A model generated the notes under the pieces. The model saw nothing but the letters and a program-made list of their open reading frames with translations, was not told the origin of the DNA and ran no database searches. Both the position numbers and the translations under genes were made by a program. This document shows, one piece after another, positions 51,161-62,292 of a stretch of DNA of 64,000 nt. The stretch is from Eukaryota sp. GEM-RC1. Taxonomy: Eukaryota. Position 1 is the first letter of the stretch; each line of letters begins with the position of its first letter. The stretch spans positions 3,720,001 through 3,784,000 of the forward strand of contig JAUFOQ010000001.1 in assembly GCA_040285855.1 (NCBI GenBank), written 5' to 3'.

Positions 51161-51643
51161 ATGGCACATCCTTGGCAAAGAGTTTCAAGAAAGTATTACG
51201 AGAAAAGTCCTTCCACTGGTGCAGAACATCCCTTGTCTCCCGAAGTGACTACAGAATCAGCTAAGGATCTTGAAGATGAAGAAATTCCTTCTTCATCTTT
51301 AGGAGATTCTACAGGTTGGACAGACGAAGATATGAGAGTTGGCCCTGAAGTTCATGATATTGAGTTCTATCCGGGAGGAAGAATTCTACCTGGTGCTGCT
51401 GGCCGTGCACCTGCTCAAGGTTGCTACTTAGACGTTGATACCGGGGAAATCGTTGAGTATGAAGCAGATCGTTACACTGACAAAGATACTGCTGGTGAAT
51501 GGGAAGAAACTCGAATTGAGACGCAAGAGACCGAGTATATGCCTGGACAATTGTTACCTCGAGACTTGGCTGAGAAACTAGGAACTGACAGGGCCCCAAA
51601 GGGAAAGCCAATATTCAAAAGAGGTGTTCATTATAATAGATAA
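51161..51643 (+). CDS. Hypothetical acidic 160-aa protein
   Basis: Clean ORF from MAHPWQ, GC-richer than its flanks. No family recognised. Confidence 0.65.
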   Translation: MAHPWQRVSRKYYEKSPSTGAEHPLSPEVTTESAKDLEDEEIPSSSLGDSTGWTDEDMRVGPEVHDIEFYPGGRILPGAAGRAPAQGCYLDVDTGEIVEYEADRYTDKDTAGEWEETRIETQETEYMPGQLLPRDLAEKLGTDRAPKGKPIFKRGVHYNR

Positions 51644-51999
51644 AAATTGGAAAACAATAGTAGACATAATGTAAATTTTAGTTGATAAACGTTTTCTATT
51701 TTTCTTTTATTATCTTTTTTATGAAGTTTTCCATTTCTTATATCAAGTCTCCCATTTTCTGTTCCACAGGTCTGTTTACATACTAATGATTATGTTCGAA
51801 AAGAGTAGTTTTAAGTGCTAAATTTAGGGTGCGTAGCCAGACTCACAACAGTATCTTTGTCTGGACCTCTTAGACTTGGCAATTTTGAGCATTTTTTCTC
51901 GAATGACATTGATCGATTGAACAAAACACATCTGATAAATTCAGTAATTAGCATATCATTTCTTAAGTAATTTAGTCAATGGTATTGAAACAAAAAAGT

Positions 52000-52205
52000 T
52001 TTATCGCTGCTTTTCATAGGCTAATTTTGGTGGTGTGAATTTTTCAAGAGCTTCATACTTCACTAAAAGTGTGTTAATTGATGGAATGAAGAATTTGCCA
52101 TTTGAATTGAATTTCAGATACGGTTTACTGTTCAATGAAAATCTCATTCATTCTACTCTTTGGCTAAGTTCGTTAGTTTCGGTTATTGACAGTTTGGATT
52201 TGGAT
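52000..52205 (+). pseudogene. Degenerate CRE-like retroelement thumb fragment
   Basis: ANFGGVNFSRASY..MKNLPFEL..WLSSLVSVIDSLD parallels family A. Confidence 0.55.
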
Positions 52206-52444
52206 GTGAATCCACAATCCAAGAAACAAGAAATCCAAAATATTATTGAAAACAACAGTAATTGGAGCTTTCCGATTTTACCATTACCAAGTGATTTTAC
52301 CAAGGAGCCAAAAGGAGCCACACAACCTGGTACTGAATGTTTTACATGTCTCCTGATTCATGAAACACAGATAAAAGACAAAAATATAATTGAGTGTTGA
52401 CACAACAATCTATACAACAAGAAACAAAAGATAACTACATATTT

Positions 52445-53355
52445 AGGTCCCAATACAAGCAACCTTAAAAACTATACAAGCATATTCTTTACTATGCTTG
52501 TATTGAACTTTGCTTGTATTAGGGTCCCTTAAAACTCATTTTTACTGAACAACTATTGATCACGATAAGTGGACTAACATTGAATTTCAAACCACCTTCC
52601 ATTCAATATCCTAGTCCATCTTGATCGTCTAATTCTAAACAAAAGGTGAACAAAAGTATGTCTCCGTCATCAATTTCTTGATCATTCAAGTGTCTTTATA
52701 AAAAGTATCTGTTATTGTGCTGCCAATTGAGATTATTTCCGTCATTCATTTGATCTCTAAGTAATTCTTCGGCAACAAACTGGTCCCTCAGGAATTCTTC
52801 TTGCTTTTGCAATTATTCACCATAGTCAACTCTGTAATCATACAAATGAATCTAGTTAATAAATTGTGAAACACACACTCTTGAAACCATCATAGAGATT
52901 TGATTTCTGATGATGTCCTCCATTGTAAAGCCATTGTTTCTTCAACAACGACTGTATTCGACAAAATACGAGATGTACTACTGTAACAAATTGAGTCAAG
53001 AGCAGAAAACAACAAAGAGTAACAGAGTTCGTTCAACAATAGTTTTACAGACGAACATGTTATACTATTTTGGTCACGTGTTTGTTGATAGATACATTGA
53101 CAATGTAAAGCATGTTGTCTGACACAAAGTGACATATCTAATTGACACTGAACGAATTGTGTAAAATTATAAGAGGTGAATGTAGCACCAGTACTTGTAC
53201 TGGTAGGTGAAATCAATGAAAAATACCAATGTTGCCCATTGATGTTTTATATCAATGTTCCGAGCTTTCTGAAGAAACATTAGAGTTTATTAGGGAAACA
53301 ATACAAGCATACCCTCTAATATGCTTGTATTAGGACCTTGCTTGTATTAGGACCT
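52445..53355. mobile_element. Putative non-autonomous TIR element
   Basis: AGGTCCCAATACAAGCAA at the left and TTGCTTGTATTAGGACCT at the right, with multiple ATACAAGC/GCTTGTAT repeats at each end. No TSD resolved. Confidence 0.65.
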
Positions 53356-53421
53356 CGACGATATACATGTAGAACGAAATTAATTGAAACAATATCAGAT
53401 AAGTTTCTTCATCGTTTTCCA

Positions 53422-54942
53422 ATGGCTGAACTTTCCCATCAACGAGACTCCTTGAGACAACGCCTACATGAACGACTGTCTCGATGTGAAGAAAGAGAAA
53501 AGCATCTACGTGCAACCATGGATCCCGTTTCTTCCTCTTCTACAACTTCTTCTCCAACCAAGTCTTCTCAAAAATCCCCCGTTGCATCTAACTCCGTCAA
53601 CAAAAGCTCTCCAACGCGAAAAGTTGACCATGTCCTTTCTCTAAATCTTTCTCAATGTACAGTGTCTCCAAAATCATCTACCATGCCTGCTTCAGAAGCA
53701 GTTATATCCGATAGCGCACGAACTCGGGCTGCTATTCTGGACGAGAAACGTCGTAAACAAGAAGAACTGGAGAAGAAGAAACAACAAGAATTAGAGGGAT
53801 GTCGTATCAATGAACGATTAACTGCCCTTAGACAACTACAACGGAGAGTTATTAGTAAATCCCCAAAGAAACCTCTACCAAAACCTTCTCTTTCTATTCA
53901 AACTCCAACGTCATCAATCAATCTATGTGGTTCCTTTAACAGCCCCCGTAGTCCTGTAACTCCTCAAGAGAACTACAATAGGCTAGCTGCAGTAGAGAGA
54001 CAGCGGAGAGTTGCTCTTAAGAAAAGTAAATCGAAAAAAGCTTCACCAGAGAAACCACAAGAAGTCAACTCAAGTCAAAGTCAACGAAAGTCAAGCAAGA
54101 AAATGAAGGAAAAACTGGATCCCGAGTTTGTAAACTCAGTGAGGTCCACTCTTTCTGAGCTTAGATCTAGGAAATGTCACTCTAAAACTAGACGCATGGT
54201 ACCTTCTCTATCTCAAGCACTGCTTCAGATTCAATTTGACTCTGATGACGATCGATCTGAGCTCCATGTTATTCCTGAAAAAAGTAGTTTCAATCAGAAA
54301 CCTGAAAAAATGATAGAATCTGTACAAGAAGAAGAACTTAACATGGAAGAAAATTCTCAGGAAAGTTTCAATTATAATGAAAATTTGAAATCTAAGGATG
54401 ACGTTACATCTGGCGTTGATTGGAGGCAAATTGTCAGTGATGAGTCCGTAGAAGACGTTTTTGATGACGAGGAGTTCAATCAATCAGATCGTTCATCCCA
54501 GTCGGATTCAGAAGCAGTTACTGTTTCTAAAAAGGGCAGTGCAGTCATCAAACCAACGTCACCAGTCAAAACCCATCAATCAAATTTGATTGAGCTTCCC
54601 ACAGATCCCTTTGAGCAATCAGAATTGCTCGCAGTGATTGCTCAAGGTGCTGATCTCTTAAAGTATTCTGCTGATGGCAAAGCTCAGAAGCGATTCTTCG
54701 TAATTGTTCCTGAAGAGTGTACTATTTATTGGGGGAAAAGCTGCACGCAGAAAACTTTAAAAACAGCTACGATTACCGAACTAATGATTGGGAATCCCCA
54801 CGGAATCTTTATTCCGCTGTGTTTTACTTGTAAATTACTGGGTGGAGAGCTTTTAATTCTGGCTACTGAAGATGAAGAATCTTTTGAAAAATGGACAAAA
54901 GGAATTCAACTTGTCTTAGATCACGTGTCAACTTTGATTTGA
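53422..54942 (+). CDS. Low-complexity/coiled-coil protein with C-terminal PH domain
   Basis: The C-terminus QGADLLKYSADGKAQKRFF..IYWGK..CFT..LILATEDEESFEKWTKGIQ fits a PH fold. Confidence 0.75.
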   Translation: MAELSHQRDSLRQRLHERLSRCEEREKHLRATMDPVSSSSTTSSPTKSSQKSPVASNSVNKSSPTRKVDHVLSLNLSQCTVSPKSSTMPASEAVISDSARTRAAILDEKRRKQEELEKKKQQELEGCRINERLTALRQLQRRVISKSPKKPLPKPSLSIQTPTSSINLCGSFNSPRSPVTPQENYNRLAAVERQRRVALKKSKSKKASPEKPQEVNSSQSQRKSSKKMKEKLDPEFVNSVRSTLSELRSRKCHSKTRRMVPSLSQALLQIQFDSDDDRSELHVIPEKSSFNQKPEKMIESVQEEELNMEENSQESFNYNENLKSKDDVTSGVDWRQIVSDESVEDVFDDEEFNQSDRSSQSDSEAVTVSKKGSAVIKPTSPVKTHQSNLIELPTDPFEQSELLAVIAQGADLLKYSADGKAQKRFFVIVPEECTIYWGKSCTQKTLKTATITELMIGNPHGIFIPLCFTCKLLGGELLILATEDEESFEKWTKGIQLVLDHVSTLI

Positions 54943-55543
54943 TCACGTCATTTGATTGTAGAAGCAGGTAGATGCTTTCTTTTTGGCTCAAATATTTGTA
55001 TTGTAAGAAAAATTTCAAACAACTGTTATTGTAATTTATTTGAATAAATTATGTACAAATTACAATCAAAATTGGTCATGTCTTATCGAACTTCTTGAAT
55101 ACTTATTTTCTAATCCAGTTTCTATTGGTAATTATATTCTCTTTTTTTAATAAACTCAAACGTTTTGTCCAGGTGTAATTTGAAAGTTTTTTTCAGTGAG
55201 ACAAACCATCACATGTACTTAATAGAATTGAAGTAATTAACTATCGACTAAACTTTATGAAATTAAAAATTGTCCAACAATACATTACAACCAATATTAA
55301 TCGAATCGACATTAAATCAAATATAAACCACAAGGAGTTTAACCAAAGGAAAACACATTGACACACAATTACTTTTAAAGTGTCAATTAAGTATTATTGT
55401 TCAAGTGGAAGGTAAGTGGTTCCGTTTGTTGAGTGACAACATGTTGTTGAATTCAAGTAGGGAAGATCCAAACTGGATCATCCAATTACAAGTTCACTTC
55501 ATCTTCACACTTAAGATTTCCTTCTTCGTTCTTTTCCTCCTTA

Positions 55544-58176
55544 ATGTCTGAAGAACATTACAAAAAGCTCCAAGAAGCTGCTCTTGTCTTCTTTGAACGC
55601 GAAAAAGCTCTCTTTGATCGCGCTGCTTATCTACAACAAGAACTTGACACTATAAAATCTCAAAAGGCCGAGGCGGAAGCTACTCAATGTCAGCAAGTGC
55701 AACAACTCGAAGAACTGTGGAAAACTCTTGAACAATCACGGGAAGACCAACAAGAAGCCGAAGATAACGACAAGCTGCTACAGTCAGAGATACAAGAGCT
55801 TGAGTATGAAAAACAGGGCCTAGAAGAACAACATAGTGATGCTCTCCGTATTCTCTCTCAAGAAGTTGAACCTCAATTCCAGCATCTAAAGACTGCTGAT
55901 GCTTCTATTAGGCAGGATATTGAGCGGAACGATCAAGCAATATCTGCACTACAGCAACAGTTGAATGAAGTGGCTGAAAACCATGATGACGTGATTTCTT
56001 CAATCAAAAATCTTGAACAAGACAAACTCTCTGAACTCGACAAAGTAAAAGACTTTGAGAAACTTTTTAAATTGGCTCTAGATGACTATAATGACGCTTT
56101 GAAAGAAGAACAGGCACAAAGGGTATGCATGAAGAAAAAAGAAGACGAAGTACGTGCGGTTTTAGATGAAATTAAATATCTAGGAAAGAAAATCAATTCA
56201 CTCAAAACTGATGTTGGAGTTCAAAGTAAAATGTTGAACAAAATTTCAGATGATGAAGTTAAAAAGCAAACTGGAATTTCAAAAATTGAAAGTAACTTGG
56301 CTTCTGCAGAACAAAACGTGTTGTTGTTAACCGAGGAAAAAGGTGATTTAGAACAACAATTGGAATCGCTGAAGTTTAATATTTCAAATATTTCCAAAAA
56401 TGAAAAGTCAGCTCAGCGACATAGAGAAGAATTTCTTTCCAAAATTAAAAAATTTGAAGATGAATGCGGTTTATTAAAACAAACAATTTCCATGTTGAAG
56501 GTAGAGTCCCTTACTATTCAAAAAGAAAAAGAAGGACTTTTAAAAAGTGTGGAATATTTTGAAAATCAACAAATTTCTTTACAGAAAGATATTGGAATTC
56601 TCATTGGCCAAGTTCTTTCATCAGATTCCTTGACAGAAGAAAATATGTTAAAAATGGCTGAATTTAAAAATTTAATTCATGAGACTGAGTCTGATCTTTC
56701 GGGTTTCTTAAAAAGTCATGACAATAATTTAAAAGAAATTTCAAATTTGAAAAATCAACGTGAAATGACCGCTCGTAAAGCCACCAATTTGCTTCAAAAG
56801 TTGCAACACTTACAGCAAGTTTTTCAATCAAATGAAAATTTGATTTTTGATCTTACTCGATCAGGAAAGAGACAAGCAGCTGAGCTCAAATTGAAACAGC
56901 AAAACTTTGAAATTTTGAAAGCCGAAATGAATTCCCTGCGGCTTCAAGTTCAAGGACAAAATCAAAATACGGTGGAACTTCGGGAAAAATTAAAAATTTT
57001 GGAATCTGAGAGGAATATCCTTCGAAATGAAGCTCAATCAAAAGACGCTCAGCTCAATAAATCCTCATCAGAGAACAAGAATCTGCAGACTTCCCGAGAC
57101 TCCTTGGCTGCTCAAGCTACGAAAATAGCTGAAAATTATTTTAAATTGGAAAGCAAATTAAATGAGAATATTGTGGAAATCGACCGACTGTCATCTTTGA
57201 TTGATAGGTCAGAAAAGGAACTCATGAGATTACGGAACAACTATGAAGGTATTCTTCAAATGAGGAACCAGGTTGGACTACAGTTGATTGATAGGAATGA
57301 CGAATTATGCGTGCTTTATGAAAAATTAAATATTCAGGAAGATTTGATCAAAAATGCCACGTGTCAAATGTCGAAGAGAGATGATGAGTACAAGTTTTTG
57401 CAAAATTTTGTCATTGATCTAACGCGTTCGTTAGACATAGCTCGGAAGAAAATTCAAAAAATTCCAGAATTAGAAGAAGAGGCGTTGAAATTACACGCAG
57501 AATTATCTCAAGCTAAAGTGGATACAATTCAACTAGGAAATGAGCTCGAAAATCCTGATAACACTGAAATATTTAAATTTTTACCTGGGGAATTAGAAAC
57601 AGAAGAGCAAATGTTCAAAAAGATCAATGATATTGAAGCTCAAATAGCCAGGAAACAAGAGGAAATTCTAGAAGCAGAACTGACTTTAACTGAAATTACT
57701 ACTCTAACTACTAAAGTTGGGTCCAAAATCACTGATGACAATGACGTGTCGCTCAAAATTGCACGTGATGGCAGTGAATTAAAAGCAAGACTACGTGAAG
57801 TTACCAAGAAGATGACAGCCGCCGTGGCTGAGCTTTCCTTTACCAAGCAACTGCTCTTAACTTACAAGAGGAGAGGAGAGATGCAGAGGCTGTCCTCGAT
57901 AGTGCTTTAAAGAATCTTGCTCAAGGGAATCCTCCTACTGAAAGTAGCGATTTATTGTTTGAAAAGGAAGCTGCTAGAATTGAAAGGCAAAATATTCAAA
58001 TTTCTCAGGATGATGATGACGTGCCCAAACCTCCACCTAGGCCTAATGCTTATATTCCTGACGATGAGCTGGGATTGCCAAAACCTTATGGACAATTTGG
58101 TCCTTTTATGCCTTCACAACCAGGTGCTAGTATGAGACATATAAGGAAACCAAAAGAAATGGTTATTGAAATTTAA
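55544..58176 (+). CDS. CCDC146: Coiled-coil domain-containing protein 146 (MBO2-like flagellar protein)
   Basis: [20 protein letters not shown] and [38 protein letters not shown]. One frameshift near 57840. Confidence 0.88.
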
Positions 58177-58399
58177 TATTTTGGTGTTGAATTATTTAAA
58201 AAAATTGTACTTGTTCTTGTTTCATTTTTCAAAATTTTGTCTTGAACCTTAGTTTCTGCTTTTTGTATTTTATTTTATTGTAATTTTTTCTTTATTTTAC
58301 ATTTGTCTCAAGTTAAGTTCTTGTTCAGTTCTGTATTGGAAATAATTTGAAATATTTAATTATAATAAATCTTTCAAAGTTGTTGTTCAACTGTTATTG

Positions 58400-58805
58400 A
58401 AATTACAAAATATTTTAAATACGATACAGCTTTGAAAATTGCAAATCAATTCTATTTTTCCACAAACGTAGATTCAAAATTCTACGTTTTTTCTGTTACA
58501 AGTTTCACAAATAATTCAAGTATTGATGTTGTTGTTTTACCTAACGAAATATCAAAATTGAATTTGTTATATATTGAAATTATTGATTTAGGTTTCACAC
58601 TCGAATTACTTGTTGTGCCCTTTTGTATTTTCACTGTACGGTTCTTTAGGTGAATCAGCAACATCATTACTTGGAATCTTTGTGAAAATTGTAAAAGAAA
58701 AACATCTAGGACTTTTGATCTTAGATTTTGAAAAAATCGATTTGTGTTTGCTATCTTTAATGGTATGGTGACTTCTGTATCTAGCGCTTCATTATGTCTT
58801 GGCAA
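58400..58805 (+). pseudogene. Family B retroelement fragments (58575-58805 on plus; a related piece ~58400-58560 on minus)
   Basis: Nucleotide match to 40575-40800. Confidence 0.7.
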
Positions 58806-59192
58806 AAAATCCAAAGGCTTCTGTGAGTTCTATTCTTACGTTTGTTAACCCAACTTTATCTACAGAAAACTAACGATTAAAGAATAACACATAGCCCATA
58901 GTTTGGATCAACTACATGTAGTTAATGCAAATGACTGGTGGTTGACTTGTTTGTTTCAAACTTCCCTTTGTTCTTTTCACGGGAATTACCTAATCTCGAC
59001 AGTCATGTTCCTGTTCATTCGGTCCGTGTCTGAACGTGTCCACACGTGTCTTCGAACACTGATTCACAGTCCAATCAAAACACTCCGGTTATTTTGTAAT
59101 AATTTAAAAAAGTCAGTGTACACTTGAGTGATTTTGAACGAAGTTTTTTCCCCATGTCTACCCACATCTGATCTTCCGACATAAGTACCAAC

Positions 59193-59292
59193 CATAGTAC
59201 ACTAAAACACGTGTTCTTCCAGTTACAACACGTTCAGAACACGTTCACACTCAACACCGTGTTCAAACACGCCCGGTGTTTTGTGTACTATG
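59193..59292. mobile_element. 100-bp hAT-type MITE
   Basis: TIRs CATAGTACACTAAAACAC / CATAGTACACAAAACAC, an 8-bp TSD GTACCAAC / GTATCAAC and internal ACACG/CGTGT repeats. Confidence 0.75.
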
Positions 59293-59508
59293 GTATCAAC
59301 AGAATCCATTTAATTGCATTTTCGAACACTTTTCTTTTGAAAAAGACAAGACAAATTTTAAATCAAAGACAATCAAACTGTCTCAAAAGTGTTTTTGAAG
59401 TGTTCAAAGAAATCACACTTCCTCTTTTTTTTTGAGTTCTTGAGTTTCTTCAGATATTTCGCAAATGTCAGCTGTTAACAACTACAATATTTATACAAAT
59501 ATCAACAA

Positions 59509-60951
59509 TCAATCAACGATTTCAATGACGTGCGAAGAGTCATAAATATAGAAAAAAGGATAATAGACATCATCAACGTCATCAAAGTTCGTACTCACGT
59601 TAATATATTCAGAATTGATTTCCTTGATTGAGAAAGTATTATTCCTCATGTCAGCAGTTAATTCTAGCACATCACCAGTTTTCCACTTCGAAAATGATCC
59701 TGAGAGGTTTTCTTTGGAGCAGTTGGAGATATACTTTGAATTAGTCATTTGACCTGGATAATATGAAGAATTAAAGTTCTTAAGTGGAACAATTCCAATA
59801 CCTACACTAAAACTAATACTACTATTCTGATACCTAACTTTCCACTTATAAACACCTCCTTTCAGCAAGGGTTTATCACCTAGAATTGAACGTTGACCAA
59901 TACTTCCACTGCAGGAAATCCTCTTACCAGAGTTCGATATAACAATATCAGAATGTTTATGCTGAGGAGAAAAAGACATTGGAGGGGAAGAGTTTCTTAG
60001 CATCTCATTATCTTTCTCTAATTGATTAATCTTGTTCAAAAGAGCTTCATTATTTAATAGAAGAGAATCAAATTTCTGTTGAATTTCAGCATTAACTTTT
60101 TGAATTTTTTGATTTTCCAACAACTTAGATTCCAATTTCTGTTGAATTTCATCATTAACTTTTTGAATATGATCTTTTTCACTGACAAGTTTTTCAAAAA
60201 CTGAATTCGAAGACGTTCTTGATGAAATTTCATCAAAAATTCCTTACAATTTTCAAATATTTCAAGAGGTTCGAGTAAAAACTCATTCCAATCGTTCCAA
60301 AGAAACAAATCAATTTTGATTGAGTTCAAAACACCTTCTAATTCTGAACAATCAAAAGAATCTTCTTCTATTGACTTCACTAGACTTTTGACAAACCAGC
60401 AAAGACTTTCCTTAGATCCACAAAAATCGTTCTCGTTAATTGGAAACAAGAAAAGAAGTGGAAAGACAAAGAGGAGGAAATGAAGAGACTTTCTGAATGA
60501 AAGGACCTGCAAACAAAAGTGCACGAAGATCATCCACTTTGTTGGCTTCAGAGATGAAGGTAGACAAGTATTGGGAGTCTACGAGTGAAGAGTTGAGTGA
60601 TGACGTGATTTGAAAAGATAGGGCATCACATTTAAAGTAGTGAGATAAATAGAAGAGATCGTATGCATTGTCTTTGGTGATCTCCGCATCTTGACCATAC
60701 AGGGAGCGGAAGAACGTGGTGAGAGAAGAGGTGGAAACAGGGAGATTGGAAAGATCTAAAGGGTTCTCGTGTTTGTCACAGAAGTCTAGGTGCCAGAGAT
60801 CGTGGAAGAACTTGCAGTTGAGAGCAAGAACGTTGCGGTTGACATGGAGAAGTTCATCGTTGAAGAGAATCTGTTGATCAGCAAGTTCCTCGTTGAAGAG
60901 AAGATCTGATAGTACTTTGGTTGGGGAGAATCCAAAAGGGGTTGAAGTCAT
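59509..60951 (-). CDS. BTB/POZ, coiled coil and SPRY-like domain protein (two frameshifts)
   Basis: Contains the BTB signature LADQQILF..HVNRNVLALNCKFF..FFRSLYG..LSHYFKCDAL. The C-terminus GVYKWKV..VGIGI..GDVLELTAD..YYPF is SPRY-like. Confidence 0.8.
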
Positions 60952-61029
60952 GATGAGAGAAAACTTTGTAAATCATCATTGACTTGTCAACTCTTTGAAT
61001 CAACTTCAGTAAAAATTAATTGAATTCAG

Positions 61030-61180
61030 TATACAATAAGCCAATAAATCCACCAAAAAGACAGAAGAATTATCACCACCAATATGAGCAGAAGTAGACA
61101 AATCAGTTCTAAGCAATGTTGAATCAACTTCTAACAATGACTCAAGTCCCAATGCAGTAAAAGATCTACAGACAATTAGA
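61030..61180 (-). pseudogene. Family B-like thumb relic
   Basis: LLEVDSTLLRTDLSTSAHIGG parallels 38978-39040. Confidence 0.55.
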
Positions 61181-61508
61181 TAAATTGAGGGCTCAGTTGC
61201 TAAATACTAAATCTCATTTAAAAACTGAAAACTAGCGAACCATTTTTCCAGAGAAACATCAATATTTAAAATGTACAATACAGAATAAATAAATTTCTGA
61301 ATATACTACAAGTACTATCAGAACTCGAATGTGAAAAGCATGATTGTTATTCATAGCTATTTTTTATTCATTTAACAGTAAACCATATACCTTTCCGATT
61401 TGATTAATTAATGCTACACTACACATCTCCTCTAAATCAATTAAACAATTAGCGAAAACCGGATTGTCTCATGAACCAAGCTGAAACAGATTTTTGCTGA
61501 GTCAGTAC

Positions 61509-62164
61509 TGTTGTGTATTGCTCTTTCATACAACTACTAGTAAATCAATTTGAAAACTAATTAATAAATAGATTGTTGCAGTTTGCTGGTACCAGACCTG
61601 TTTATCAGAAGTATTGTTTATCGGTGTGAGTTGGAATTCCAAACAAGGGACTTGAACAATGGATCTTGTGAGAAGATGATCTAAATCATAGTTCAGATAT
61701 ACACGAGTTGGATTTGCTATGTACTGTATTTGTTGGTCCGTGCACAGGGGAAAGGGAAAAGTATTTATAAACAGAAGTTCTAAGACTTCAACATATATAC
61801 ACAAATATACATATACATTTCTATATACTGTTATTTAGACTACGTAACAATTGTATATACAGTTCATCCACACATACATCCACACAAACATGTAAATGAA
61901 CTACATTATTCAACAACAAATCTAATCATCAGCCACAACACGTTTACCAGTCTTTTTTGTAGTCTTTCTTCTCTTTACACCTGCATCTTTGGATACAGAT
62001 GCCATGATCACTTCCTCCTCCATTTTCCGAACAGAAACCAGATATTACAGTAATCTCTTCACTTTCCTCTTCGACGTTGTTTTCTAGAGCTATCGAAGAG
62101 TCCGAATGGGTAGAATAAAGTAGGTAATGACACTAGAAAAGTTGGTTGGTAGAAGACATCAACA
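61509..62164 (+). mobile_element. Putative 5' LTR (656 bp)
   Basis: TG...CA termini with an imperfect inverted repeat TGTTGTGT / ACATCAACA, an internal TATTTATAAA and AATAAA near the 3' end. It lies 128 bp upstream of a long ORF. The second LTR is not in the window. Confidence 0.5.
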
Positions 62165-62292
62165 ACTAGAGGAAGTCGGTAAAGATTATGTTAAAACTGA
62201 AGTGCAATACAGTGATAGTGTAGGCCACAGGTGTTAATACGTGGCGGTGTTCTAGTACCAATTTCATTATTTAATACACTTATACTTACCAC

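Noticed and set aside
41970..60951. Alternative genetic code with stop reassignment
   Set aside because: Conserved genes have no in-frame stops within aligned motifs and end at TAA or TGA. The breaks are frameshifts or introns.
62282..62290. ATACTTACC as the 5' end of U1 snRNA
   Set aside because: The match is only 9 nt and runs straight into the ORF start with no U1 stem-loops.
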